DNA of 64,000 nt from the NCBI GenBank assembly GCA_038321985.1, contig JBBQFN010000005.1, positions 167,806-231,805 on the forward strand. Reading direction: 5' to 3'. The position numbers and the translations under genes are program-made. Origin of the DNA: Cyanophyceae cyanobacterium (GTDB lineage: Bacteria; Cyanobacteriota; Cyanobacteriia; Cyanobacteriales; Laspinemataceae). Numbering within the stretch: position 1 is the stretch's first letter; each line of letters starts with the position of its first letter. This document shows positions 42,726-52,336 of the stretch, in pieces. Under the pieces are notes generated by a model that was not told the origin of the DNA, searched no databases, and saw only the letters and a program-made list of their open reading frames with translations.

Positions 42726-43802
42726 ATGTATTCCGACCCCGTAATAGATTCTCCCACCCCGGAAAACCGACCCTTAACCGACCCACCCACCCTGCAACCG
42801 GGACCCCTGGCCCAACTCCAGCATCGCTTTCAAGGGCGTGGTCAAATCATCATGCCTTGTATCCCTGCCCTGTTGGAACATTACCTTAACTGCATTGCCC
42901 AACTGTTGAGCGCCCTCGGGCAAACCTTAGACCATGACGGCGTAACTCACCTCTCCCAAAGTCTGTGGCGGAAACTTCAGGAGGGATTTGAAACCTCCCC
43001 CCATGCCAAAATCGTCTTCACCTACGAACCCCAACCCCACGACAGTTCCCAGTTAAAATTCCAAGTCTCTCTGTTGACCCCATCCCTGGCGCAAGAATAT
43101 CAGAAATGGGTCAAAACCAAAGAACCGCCGCTGTTTGGGGCTTATCCTGATGCCAAGGTGACTGCCATTGCTGCCCAATTTGACAATCCCGCCACTGCCC
43201 CCATCGTAGATATTGGTGCCGGAACGGGTCGCAATAGCATTCCCCTCGCCCAACAGGGTCATCCCGTAGATGCCGTAGAACTCGCCCCCGTCTTCCTCCA
43301 GGACCTACAAGCAACCGCCAATCGTGAAAACTTACCCCTGCGAGTCATCCCGGGGAACATCCTCGATCGCCGCCTGAAACTCCCCCCCGCCTATTACCAA
43401 CTGGCGATCGTCTCCGAAGTCATCTCCCATTTTCGCAACCCCTCCGAACTGCGACTCTTACTCGCAAAACTCAGTGATGCCGTACTTCCCGGGGGATTCA
43501 TCTTATTCAACCTCTTCCTTCCCCTCAACGACTACCAACCCGACTGCCTCGTCGTAGAACTCTCCCAATCCTCCTGGTGCACCCTCTTTACCCGGGCCGA
43601 ACTTGCCACCGGAATGGAGAACCTCCCTCTAAAACTCCTATCCGACGAATCCGCCTTTGAATACGAACGGGACCATCTCCCCGCCTCCGCATGGCCCCCC
43701 ACCAGTTGGTATCCCACCTGGTCCCAAGGCCGAAATATGTTCCATCTCCCCAACGCCTTCCCCCCCATCGAATTGCGCTGGATTCTCTGCCGCCGTTTGT
43801 AA
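42726..43802 (+). CDS. Class I SAM-dependent methyltransferase, paralogue 2
   Basis: IVDIGAGTGRN, VDAVEL, LPGGFILF. Confidence 0.87.
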   Translation: MYSDPVIDSPTPENRPLTDPPTLQPGPLAQLQHRFQGRGQIIMPCIPALLEHYLNCIAQLLSALGQTLDHDGVTHLSQSLWRKLQEGFETSPHAKIVFTYEPQPHDSSQLKFQVSLLTPSLAQEYQKWVKTKEPPLFGAYPDAKVTAIAAQFDNPATAPIVDIGAGTGRNSIPLAQQGHPVDAVELAPVFLQDLQATANRENLPLRVIPGNILDRRLKLPPAYYQLAIVSEVISHFRNPSELRLLLAKLSDAVLPGGFILFNLFLPLNDYQPDCLVVELSQSSWCTLFTRAELATGMENLPLKLLSDESAFEYERDHLPASAWPPTSWYPTWSQGRNMFHLPNAFPPIELRWILCRRL

Positions 43803-43823
43803 CCCCTCCACCCCCTAACCCTG

Positions 43824-44897
43824 ATGTTCCCTAACCCACCCCCATCTTCTGGCGTTACCTTCAAACCCATCCCCCACCCTTCATTCCAGATTCAGGAGCA
43901 ATACTTCAAACAACTGCAAGGCCAGTTTCAAGCCAGAGGCGAAATCCTGTTTCCCTGTGTTCCTGAATTGTTGCCACTGTATCTCGAACAGATTACCGCC
44001 TTGTTCAGCAGTCTCAACAGCCTCATCGAACCCACCACCCTCGCCAAACTGCCCAAGGAACTGGAAAAGCAGTTAATCTCTGGATTTGCCACCTCTCCCC
44101 ATTCCAAATTAATTCTCACTTACGAACCTAGCTCGCAAGGGGTGACCCTGACACTCAAGCCCTTTATTTCCTCCGTTGCCGATCAGTACCAGAATTGGGT
44201 AAAACTGCGCGAACCCCCCTTATTTGGCACTCATCCCGATGCCAAAGTCATGGCAATAGCCGCCCAATTTGCCGATCCAGGGGATTCCCCCATCTTAGAT
44301 ATTGGGGCTGGAACCGGTCGAAATACCCTACCCTTGGCTCAACTGGGTTATCCCGTGGATGCGGTTGAGTTAACCCCTGCTTTTGTCGAACAAATTCAAA
44401 GAGCCGCACAAGCACAGAAATTGCCTGTCCGAGGGATTTTGGGGGATATCCTCGATCGCCAAGTCCAGCTACAACCCGCTTATTATCAAGGGGTGATTCT
44501 CTGTGAAGTGATTGCCTCCCATTTTGGGTCCGTCGATCGCCTCCGCCTGTTGTTAGCCCGAATTTCTGATATCTTACGTCCGGGGGGTTTATTATTATTT
44601 AGTTTGTTTTTAGCCGTAAATGACTATGAACCGGACAAACTCACCCGAGAACTGTCTCAGGTCACTTGGTCCTGTATTTTTACCCGGTCAGAACTCGCCG
44701 AAGCGATGCAGAGATTGCCTTTAAGCCTCTTATCTGATGAATCGGTTTTAGAGTACGAACGGGAACATCTGGCGATCGCCGCATGGCCCCCAACCGGATG
44801 GTTTATCAAATGGTGTCAGGGTGAAAATTTATTTCCCTTACAGAACCTAGGGAAACCCCCGATGGAGTTGCGGTGGATTCTCTGTCAACGGCGGTAA
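43824..44897 (+). CDS. Class I SAM-dependent methyltransferase, paralogue 3
   Basis: ILDIGAGTGRN, VDAVEL, LRPGGLLLF. Confidence 0.87.
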   Translation: MFPNPPPSSGVTFKPIPHPSFQIQEQYFKQLQGQFQARGEILFPCVPELLPLYLEQITALFSSLNSLIEPTTLAKLPKELEKQLISGFATSPHSKLILTYEPSSQGVTLTLKPFISSVADQYQNWVKLREPPLFGTHPDAKVMAIAAQFADPGDSPILDIGAGTGRNTLPLAQLGYPVDAVELTPAFVEQIQRAAQAQKLPVRGILGDILDRQVQLQPAYYQGVILCEVIASHFGSVDRLRLLLARISDILRPGGLLLFSLFLAVNDYEPDKLTRELSQVTWSCIFTRSELAEAMQRLPLSLLSDESVLEYEREHLAIAAWPPTGWFIKWCQGENLFPLQNLGKPPMELRWILCQRR

Positions 44898-45020
44898 TTG
44901 CCCGGTAATTCTCTATATATAAACCGGGGTCAGAAAGTATTTTAAAAACTGATTTTCTCACAACCTTATTGAACCCCAATTTAAGTGAGGAACCCGCTTT
45001 CTGAATGATTTCAGAGGAGA

Positions 45021-45698
45021 CTAACTGGCAACTAAACCGACTTTTAAGGCCTTGACGATCGCTTGTGTGCGACTGCTGACTCCGAGCTTTTCAAAAATAG
45101 CTGTTAAGTGAGCTTTAACGGTTGCCACCGTAACGTAAAGATGACGAGCGATTTCCTCATTAGAAGCACCTTGGACTAACCATTCTAAAACTTCCCGTTC
45201 GCGATCGGTTAAGCGGATGTTTTTACACCCTTGCAAAGAATGCCCCGAGTAAAAATGAAAGATGCGGAAAAAGCTCGTAGCGACTTCGGGCGCTAAATAA
45301 ACTTCATCCTTCATGACTGTAGTAATAGCATCCCAGAGTTGTTTTGCCACATACTCTTTAAACACATACCCCCGCGCCCCCGCTTGCATGGCCCTAAATA
45401 TCGCTTCATCTTCATGATGAGCCGATAATACAATCGCCTTGCCTTGAAAAGATTGCTCCCGCAATCGGAGTAATCCCTCTATCCCATCGGTTTGAGCTAA
45501 TTCTAAATCCATTAATATTAAAGCGGGATGTTGTTGGGAAGCCACTTTTAACGCTTGATCTACGCAAGCGGCTTCCCCCACCACATCCATCCTAAACAAA
45601 CTATTATTATTGTAAAAACTGAGCAGGGTTTTTAATCCCTGACGAAATACTGGATCGTCATCCACAAGTAGAATAGAGACTAACTGGGGTGTCATCAT
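45021..45698 (-). CDS. NarL/LuxR family response regulator
   Basis: ILLVDDD, LILMDLEL, GYVFK; HTH LTDREREVL...GASNEEIA...TVKAHL..IFEKLGV. Confidence 0.93.
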   Translation of the reverse strand: MMTPQLVSILLVDDDPVFRQGLKTLLSFYNNNSLFRMDVVGEAACVDQALKVASQQHPALILMDLELAQTDGIEGLLRLREQSFQGKAIVLSAHHEDEAIFRAMQAGARGYVFKEYVAKQLWDAITTVMKDEVYLAPEVATSFFRIFHFYSGHSLQGCKNIRLTDREREVLEWLVQGASNEEIARHLYVTVATVKAHLTAIFEKLGVSSRTQAIVKALKVGLVAS

Positions 45699-45888
45699 GG
45701 TTTTATTGGGTATTAGTTAAAAACAGTGAAACAAACCGGAAAACTTCAAGAAATTTTCTGAGTTGGGCGACAGACTTGACAATTTACAAGAAACAGGGTG
45801 ATATGAGATAAAAACTAATAAAATAAATCCTATTTTTTCAAATTTACAATAAACTTAAAGTTTTAAAAATTCCATCAGATAAAAAATT

Positions 45889-47220
45889 TTAATCCGATTC
45901 AGGATGACGGGGTAAAGTAAAAGAAAAGAGCGCCCCACCGTCGGGATGATTTTGGACCCAAATGCTGCCTTGATGGTCGAGGATAATTTTTTTGGCGATG
46001 GGTAACCCCAATCCAGTTCCCCCAGGTCGTCGGGTATAAAAGGGAGTAAATGCCTCTTGCAAGTCTTCTCGGGAAAGGCCAGGACCGCGATCGCTCAGGG
46101 AGACCAGCACCTCCTGATAAAAAACTCGCCACTCGCAAGTAATCCGGCTGCCTAGGGGACTAAAGGCGATCGCATTATTCAAGAGATTTTCAAAGACCTG
46201 TTTGATTTGCCAGCGATCTATAGGCAGCATCACCGAAGTTTCAGAAGCCTCAACCGTGATATCTTTTGCCTGCAATCGAGGTTGCATAAATTTGAGGGTT
46301 TCCTCGACAATCTGGCATAAATCATGGCGCTGTTCTGGCAATTTCTGAGCGGGTTTGCCACAATTGAGTAACTGGGTCAAGTTAGCACTGAGTTCACTCA
46401 CCGATTCCCGAATCACCGTAGCCTGTTCTTGAAACGAACCTGTTGGTAATCCCATACAAAGAGTTTCTGCATAAAGGCTAATTAGAGCCAAAGAATTCCG
46501 CAATTGATGTTCCGCCTTGTGGCGGGATTGCCGAAGGAATTCAAGTTCTTCATAGGGCCGATTCGAGGCGACTAGCCCCTGAAGATAATAGTGCAGCATT
46601 TGCATCTGTTGTTCCACAAATTCTATCTGTAAAGGAGACAAAGATTGAGCAGGCCATAACAACAGACAAGAATGAATTGGAGCCTGTTTAGAAAACTGAT
46701 GATTCTGAGCATCGACTGGCTCATCTGCCGACCCGTGGCAATAGCAATGGGGAACCATCCCAGGGGGGAGATATTCTAATAATCCACCTGAATTTGAGTT
46801 GATCTTAGGGAAAGTCGCGGTAGAACCCTCATCAGCCCAGGAAGGGAGGGGGTAAACAGAATAAGTATTGAGTTGAGATAGACGAGCAACCGGCAACTCA
46901 TGGGGTAACCAAACCTCAGACTTTAGGTAAGATAACTCCGCCTCATTGAATTCAGGGCGATCGCCCCGCACTTGACCCACCCAACGTCGAGGTTGTCCCT
47001 CCTCAAAATTCGGGTAAACAATCCAGGCACCGACCAAAGGTAGATAGCCCATGAGTTGCTCAATCTGCTTGCGGCAGACTGACTCGATCGCCGGGGATTG
47101 CGATCGCAAAACAGAGCGATTCGACAAGGGTCGGGACTCTTTTAAGGAGAATTCCGGGATAGCGGAGGTAGAAGGTACTTCAGAGCGAGACAAAAACATT
47201 CCAAGACTAAACGGTTCCAT
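45889..47220 (-). CDS. Cytoplasmic sensor histidine kinase
   Basis: H-box EHQLRNSL, N-box QVFENLLNNA, DRGPG, FTPFYT, GTGLGL; no clear TM segment. Confidence 0.9.
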   Translation of the reverse strand: MEPFSLGMFLSRSEVPSTSAIPEFSLKESRPLSNRSVLRSQSPAIESVCRKQIEQLMGYLPLVGAWIVYPNFEEGQPRRWVGQVRGDRPEFNEAELSYLKSEVWLPHELPVARLSQLNTYSVYPLPSWADEGSTATFPKINSNSGGLLEYLPPGMVPHCYCHGSADEPVDAQNHQFSKQAPIHSCLLLWPAQSLSPLQIEFVEQQMQMLHYYLQGLVASNRPYEELEFLRQSRHKAEHQLRNSLALISLYAETLCMGLPTGSFQEQATVIRESVSELSANLTQLLNCGKPAQKLPEQRHDLCQIVEETLKFMQPRLQAKDITVEASETSVMLPIDRWQIKQVFENLLNNAIAFSPLGSRITCEWRVFYQEVLVSLSDRGPGLSREDLQEAFTPFYTRRPGGTGLGLPIAKKIILDHQGSIWVQNHPDGGALFSFTLPRHPESD

Positions 47221-47342
47221 ACCTACTCTTCTTTGTAGTCAGTTCGGTTTTGGGATAGTCTCAATCCCCGATAGGAGGATAGTCAAACCTACCTTAACCT
47301 CAGATTCTGAGAAATTCTAAAATTCCACACAAATTTTAAAAT

Positions 47343-47358
47343 TTCGACCTAAGTCTAA
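47343..47358. promoter_or_regulatory. Putative regulator-binding palindrome upstream of the eCIS structural operon
   Basis: TTCGAC-CTAA-GTCTAA; matches the 36672 box. Confidence 0.5.
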
Positions 47359-47418
47359 TAACCAGAGTCCATCAATCTCATTAATCTATAACCTGTAGCT
47401 GCCTAATCACCAAGGTTT

Positions 47419-47925
47419 ATGATTCCTGCTGTTGCCCAGACCTTAGCAGAAATCCTGGTAGGCGGGACCTCAGCGATCAGTATGGAGCAAATTGATTTTA
47501 ATTCTCCAACTCTTGGACTGAACCATGAGGCTCCGAGGCTCAACCTCTACTGCTACGACGTTCGGGAAAATCCCCAAATGCAAAGCTCCCCCAGACAGAC
47601 CGACCCCTCAACCATTTGGGTTGATGTCTCGTTTCTGATCACCGCTTGGGATAAAACCGCCCTAGGGGAGCAGTATCTCTTGTCAGAAGTAGTGACAGTT
47701 CTCCTCCCTTACGATTGTTTACCCTCCGAACGTTTAGCTCCAGCCTTGCGAGGCCAGGGAACTTTGCCGATGAGGATTTCTGCGAAGGGGCTGAGTGAAA
47801 TTTCAGCGATTTGGACTGCATTAGGCATTCCCCTACGTCCCGGGTTGTATCTAACGGTAACCGCTCCGTTCACCAGCCAAACTGAACCCGCTATGAAGGA
47901 AATTGCTTTTACCTCGTCTCAATAA
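47419..47925 (+). CDS. DUF4255 / Pvc16-like cap (terminator) protein
   Basis: RLNLYCYDVREN, DVSFLITAW, EQYLLS, IWTALG.PLRP.L.L.VT; precedes the sheath gene. Confidence 0.85.
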   Translation: MIPAVAQTLAEILVGGTSAISMEQIDFNSPTLGLNHEAPRLNLYCYDVRENPQMQSSPRQTDPSTIWVDVSFLITAWDKTALGEQYLLSEVVTVLLPYDCLPSERLAPALRGQGTLPMRISAKGLSEISAIWTALGIPLRPGLYLTVTAPFTSQTEPAMKEIAFTSSQ

Positions 47926-48032
47926 AAGGGGTTAGCGAACTACCGTGTTACGGAGGCTCGCACCGACCCGAAGCACTCATATTTGCTACCCAGTGTAGAT
48001 CTAACTATCTATTAATTGGAGAACAACCACTC

Positions 48033-49757
48033 ATGCCCTTGGATTATTTTGCTCCTGGCGTCTACGTTGAAGAAGTAGACCGAGGTAGTCGCCCTATCGA
48101 AGGCGTCAGTCTCAGCGTTCCTGGCTTTATCGGCTTTACCGAAGATGTCCGTGGTGATGCCGAAGTTTTTCAACCCATGATGGTCACAACGTGGGATCAA
48201 TACTTAGAGTATTTTGGCAAACCTGGCTCCGATGGGTTTACCGACTTCGATGCTTACCTCCCCTTTGCTGTTTACGGATGGTTCTTGAATGGCGGCGGTC
48301 GCTGTTGGGTGAGCAGTATTGGGACCAAACTCCCCGGTTCAGAACCCGCGCCGCCGGAAAAAACCGCCACCAAATTGCTCACCTCCTCCGGTCGTGCGGC
48401 CTTATTGTTTAACCTCAAAGGCGCATCAGGGGAAACAGAAGATGGTGAAGCTCCAGCACTTCCGGCAGCAACCGGACGGGTAACGGTCAAAGTCGAAAAC
48501 AGTACGCCCAAGCCCCCGGAAGATGAAGATACAGAACTACCCATTGATGATGGTCAATTCTTCAAGGTTACCGTAAGAAGAGGGGATACGGTACTGGAAA
48601 CCTACGATAACCTGACGATGAAAGAAGATGTAGAGGCCGAGTTAGGTAGCTATGTCTTAACTGCATTGCAGGAATCCGAGGCGATCGATGTGAGTATGCC
48701 CGAAGGTCTAGGAGCCATCTCACCCCTCTCCAAGCGCCCCGGCAATGGTACTTATGAAGTTGCCCCTCCACCCCCCTTCATTCAAGACCCCGATCGCCTG
48801 CCGCGAGAACTCCAAGGCAAGCGCGACGATCGCACCGGCGTCCAAGGCATCTTTGAAATTGACGACGTATCCATGATTGCCTGTCCTGACCTGATGCGGG
48901 TCTACCAAGAAGGACTCATGGACATCGACCAGGTACATGGTGTCATGGAAATGATGGTGAGTATGTGTGAAAACTCTGCTCCCAGTCCCCCGTTCCGCAT
49001 GGTCGTCCTCGACCCACCCCCAATCAAGCCCGGAAAAAATGAGAATCGCGCCGTTCCCCCAGAACAGCAAAAACCCCAAGATGTAGCCAAATGGTTACGC
49101 GAAGGATTTAACCGCCGGTCCATGTTTGCTGCCCTTTACTATCCCTGGATCAAAGTCGCCAACCCCCGCAACGGCGGTCGTCCGATCGCCATTCCCCCCT
49201 GCGGTCACATGATGGGTGTCTGGTGTCGCACCGATGAAACCCGGGGTCTGTTCAAAGCGCCTGCCAACGATACCCCACGCGGTGTGATTGGTCTGTCCTA
49301 TGAAACCAACTTCCGCGAACAGGAACTGTTGAACCCCCTGGGGATCAACTGTATCCGGAACTTCTCCAACTACAATCGCGGGATTAAAATCTGGGGCGCT
49401 CGCACCTTAGCCGAACCCGATAACATCCAATGGCGTTACATTCCTGTGCGTCGGATGATGAGCTATATCGAGAAATCCATTGAAATCGGCACCCAGTGGG
49501 TTGTGTTTGAACCCAACGATTCCACCCTCTGGGGACGAGTCACCCGCACGGTTTCCAGCTTCTTAGAAGGTCTCTGGCGTCAGGGCGCATTAGTCGGCGG
49601 TACTGCAGGAGAATCCTTCTTTGTCAAGTGCGACGGCGAACTGAACACTGCCGACACCATGATGATGGGTCGTCTATACATCGAAGTGGGAGTCGCCCCT
49701 GTGCGACCTGCGGAATTCGTGATTTTCCGCATCAGCCAATGGGCACCGGGCCAATAA
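48033..49757 (+). CDS. Contractile tail sheath protein
   Basis: APGVYVEE, F.NGG.RC, AALYYPWI, G.FKAPAN, LNPLGINCIR, WGARTL, WVVFEPN, APVRPAEF. Confidence 0.95.
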   Translation: MPLDYFAPGVYVEEVDRGSRPIEGVSLSVPGFIGFTEDVRGDAEVFQPMMVTTWDQYLEYFGKPGSDGFTDFDAYLPFAVYGWFLNGGGRCWVSSIGTKLPGSEPAPPEKTATKLLTSSGRAALLFNLKGASGETEDGEAPALPAATGRVTVKVENSTPKPPEDEDTELPIDDGQFFKVTVRRGDTVLETYDNLTMKEDVEAELGSYVLTALQESEAIDVSMPEGLGAISPLSKRPGNGTYEVAPPPPFIQDPDRLPRELQGKRDDRTGVQGIFEIDDVSMIACPDLMRVYQEGLMDIDQVHGVMEMMVSMCENSAPSPPFRMVVLDPPPIKPGKNENRAVPPEQQKPQDVAKWLREGFNRRSMFAALYYPWIKVANPRNGGRPIAIPPCGHMMGVWCRTDETRGLFKAPANDTPRGVIGLSYETNFREQELLNPLGINCIRNFSNYNRGIKIWGARTLAEPDNIQWRYIPVRRMMSYIEKSIEIGTQWVVFEPNDSTLWGRVTRTVSSFLEGLWRQGALVGGTAGESFFVKCDGELNTADTMMMGRLYIEVGVAPVRPAEFVIFRISQWAPGQ

Positions 49758-49894
49758 TTGCTAGTCTCTGATTGCGAGTCAGTCATTATTAGTGATTTCT
49801 GTGTTGCCCGGAGTCAATCCTCAGCAAGCTGAGGGCTAATGATGACTGAAACCCAACTATTTTCACTTAGTTTCCAGGTCCAAGGAGTAAAAAA

Positions 49895-50365
49895 ATGGCA
49901 GATCTGTTTGTAATTTCTTCAAATAGGTTTTCTTTTACCTACGGGGGAACAGAATTCCCTTTGCTTAAAATTAGTGGCATTGATGTCCAAGCCAAAACCG
50001 CCGGACATAAATCCCCGATCGCCTCGGGGAAAAATGCTCAAATGTCCCGGCAGACTGTTTCAACTGGATACTATAATAACCAAAATATTACCATTGAATC
50101 AGTCCTCCAAGATGGTACAAAAACCCTGTACGACATCTTCAAAAAAGGCTTGCCTGCCACCTACGGAGGAGATGGAAAATGGAGCGGTAATTTTTCCGAT
50201 GCGGCGATTACTATCTTTGACCCCGATGCCAAAGAAGTTCTAACCTACAACCTAAAAAGTTGTCAGATGGTCAGCTATGAAGTGAGTGAATTTAATGTCA
50301 GTGGCGATCAATTTCTCACCGAAAAATTTGAACTGAATGTAGAAAGTGTCGAACGCAAGCAATAG
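49895..50365 (+). CDS. Tail tube protein (T4 gp19-like), divergent copy 1
   Basis: 156 aa, strong RBS AAGGAG; beta-rich with C-terminal I.IFD....V..YNL..C....YE...F...G....E.FEL pattern; follows sheath. Confidence 0.7.
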   Translation: MADLFVISSNRFSFTYGGTEFPLLKISGIDVQAKTAGHKSPIASGKNAQMSRQTVSTGYYNNQNITIESVLQDGTKTLYDIFKKGLPATYGGDGKWSGNFSDAAITIFDPDAKEVLTYNLKSCQMVSYEVSEFNVSGDQFLTEKFELNVESVERKQ

Positions 50366-50461
50366 CTTTCTAACCTTTTGGGAGAATTAAGCCCAGATTT
50401 TTGTAGAAATAGACGCCCTATTTTAGGAAAGTAATTAGGGAAAGAACAAAGGAGTAGTACA

Positions 50462-50944
50462 ATGCCAGTCGATAAGGAACCACTTTCTCAGGCTAGATTT
50501 GAATTTGCCGCCGATGGCTTGGGCAAAGATCTATTGGTTGAATCAGTTTCGGGGGTGAAAATGACCATTCCCGTAACCAATGCCGATGGCGCGTTTGGGG
50601 TAAAAACCGGAAGTAAGGTGAATCGTCAAGCCGCACCTTCCGCTGTAGAATCGAGCGATGTCACCGTGACATTTGTCACCTCTAGTAAAGACCCTCAAGC
50701 GGTTTCCAAGTGGTTTTACGATTCCCACTCCACCCCCGACTTGGGCGGTGCCACAGGAAACAAAGGCAAAACCGATCAGGCAACTTTGACCGTATTTAAG
50801 CAAGATGGATCACCTTCGGCAACCTGGACGTTTAAAGGGGTGATGCCGATGACCTATAAAATGTCTGAGTTAGATGCGGCAGGAAATCAGTCCCTCAAAG
50901 AAACGATCACGTTTTGTTATGAGTATGTGGAACGCACGAAATAA
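50462..50944 (+). CDS. Tail tube protein (T4 gp19-like), divergent copy 2
   Basis: 160 aa, RBS AAGGAG; TLTVF..DG...ATWTF.GV.P..Y...ELDA.....L.E.ITF.YE. Confidence 0.8.
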   Translation: MPVDKEPLSQARFEFAADGLGKDLLVESVSGVKMTIPVTNADGAFGVKTGSKVNRQAAPSAVESSDVTVTFVTSSKDPQAVSKWFYDSHSTPDLGGATGNKGKTDQATLTVFKQDGSPSATWTFKGVMPMTYKMSELDAAGNQSLKETITFCYEYVERTK

Positions 50945-51093
50945 GCGCGTTTCATAAAACAGGGATGGACAGTCAAAGGAGTGGGATTGCCCCTCCCTCG
51001 GGTAGGGAAGACCTCTCCTTACTCCATCGGCGATCGCTACCTCAAATGCACCCCTTTTAACCCCGATGTAACTCGTTTACCGGAGATCGAACC

Positions 51094-51585
51094 GTGCCTG
51101 AATTTCCTGAATTACTCGCCACTTCGCGATTTTACCTAGAACTTCAACTCAAAGATAGCGTCGATGCGATCGATGCCTACTTTATGGAATGTCAGGGGTT
51201 TAAAACTAGCCAAGAAATCATCGAAATCTGCGAAGTCACCCCCCAGCTGTGGGGCAAAGATGGGAAATCCCGAGGGCGGATTATCCAAACTAAAATTCCG
51301 GGCAATATTAGCTATACCAATTTAACCCTGCGTCGGGGTCTGACGGTTTCCATGAGCATCTGGAATTGGTTGGAAGCGATCCAAGATGGAGCTTGGGCCG
51401 TCGAACGGCGAGATGGCTCTTTAACGCTCTATGATCAAGGCGCACAGGCTCAGGTGAGATTTGAGTTTAAACGGGCATGGCCGGTGAGCTATTCTATTTC
51501 TGATGTCAGTGTCAGTAGCGGTGATCTGGAAATAGAAGAACTAGAAGTGGCGGTGGAAGAGTTAAAACGGGTTAAGGTGGTGTAA
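51094..51585 (+). CDS. Tail tube protein (T4 gp19-like, Afp1/Afp5 class)
   Basis: RFYLEL, F.ECQG, K.PG...YTNLTLRRG, RRDGSL.LYD, F.F.RAWP. Confidence 0.9.
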   Translation: MPEFPELLATSRFYLELQLKDSVDAIDAYFMECQGFKTSQEIIEICEVTPQLWGKDGKSRGRIIQTKIPGNISYTNLTLRRGLTVSMSIWNWLEAIQDGAWAVERRDGSLTLYDQGAQAQVRFEFKRAWPVSYSISDVSVSSGDLEIEELEVAVEELKRVKVV

Positions 51586-51603
51586 CGGTAGGGCCAAGTC
51601 AAC

Positions 51604-51957
51604 ATGATTCAGACCGAGTTTGAGTTTACGTTACCCAAAGGGTATCTTGATAGCGAAGGCAACTTACACCGCCAAGGGGTAATGCGTTTATCCCGGGCGA
51701 TCGATGAGATTGCTCCCCTACGAGACCCTCGGGTTAAATCGAATCCAGCATACGCCACGGTAATTATTTTATCGCGAGTGATTACCCGTTTGGGTGCTTT
51801 AGAACAAGTGACTCCCTTGGCGATCGAAAATCTATTTGCCGTAGACTTGAATTATCTTCAAACCTTTTATCGTCAAATTAACGAACTTGAAAATCAGGGG
51901 GATCAAGACTCACAACCTCCTTCACCCCCAGACCCCCCAGGACCCTCCTACTCATGA
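51604..51957 (+). CDS. Phage tail assembly chaperone-like protein 1
   Basis: TEFEFTLPKGY.D.EG.LHR.GVMR...A.DEI...DPRV..NPAY..LSRVI..LG. Confidence 0.85.
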   Translation: MIQTEFEFTLPKGYLDSEGNLHRQGVMRLSRAIDEIAPLRDPRVKSNPAYATVIILSRVITRLGALEQVTPLAIENLFAVDLNYLQTFYRQINELENQGDQDSQPPSPPDPPGPSYS

Positions 51958-51970
51958 ATAAGGTGATGCC

Positions 51971-52336
51971 ATGAATGGAGCAAAGATACCTCACAGCCAG
52001 TTTACATTTACCCTTCCCGTGGGAGTGGTGGATGGGGAGGGTAGGCTGCATCGACAAGGGGTAATGCGAAGGGCCACAGGTCATGATGAAATCTGGGTCA
52101 GCAAAGACCCTCAGATTCAAGAAAATCCCGCTTATGGCATGATTTCCCTCCTCTCGCGGGTGATTACCCATCTAGGAGGCTTTTCATCGGTGACGCCGGA
52201 GTTACTAGAACAACTGTTTTTAACCGATTTTATTTATTTACGAGAGTTTTATACCCAAATTAATCAGCCCGGATTGGAGGGGATGGCTTCGGGGGAGTTA
52301 TGGGCTACCCCTTGGAACAATTGTACCAAGAGGTAG
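51971..52336 (+). CDS. Phage tail assembly chaperone-like protein 2
   Basis: Paralogue of the preceding gene (FTLP.G..D.EG.LHRQGVMR, NPAY, LSRVI..LG). Confidence 0.85.
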   Translation: MNGAKIPHSQFTFTLPVGVVDGEGRLHRQGVMRRATGHDEIWVSKDPQIQENPAYGMISLLSRVITHLGGFSSVTPELLEQLFLTDFIYLREFYTQINQPGLEGMASGELWATPWNNCTKR

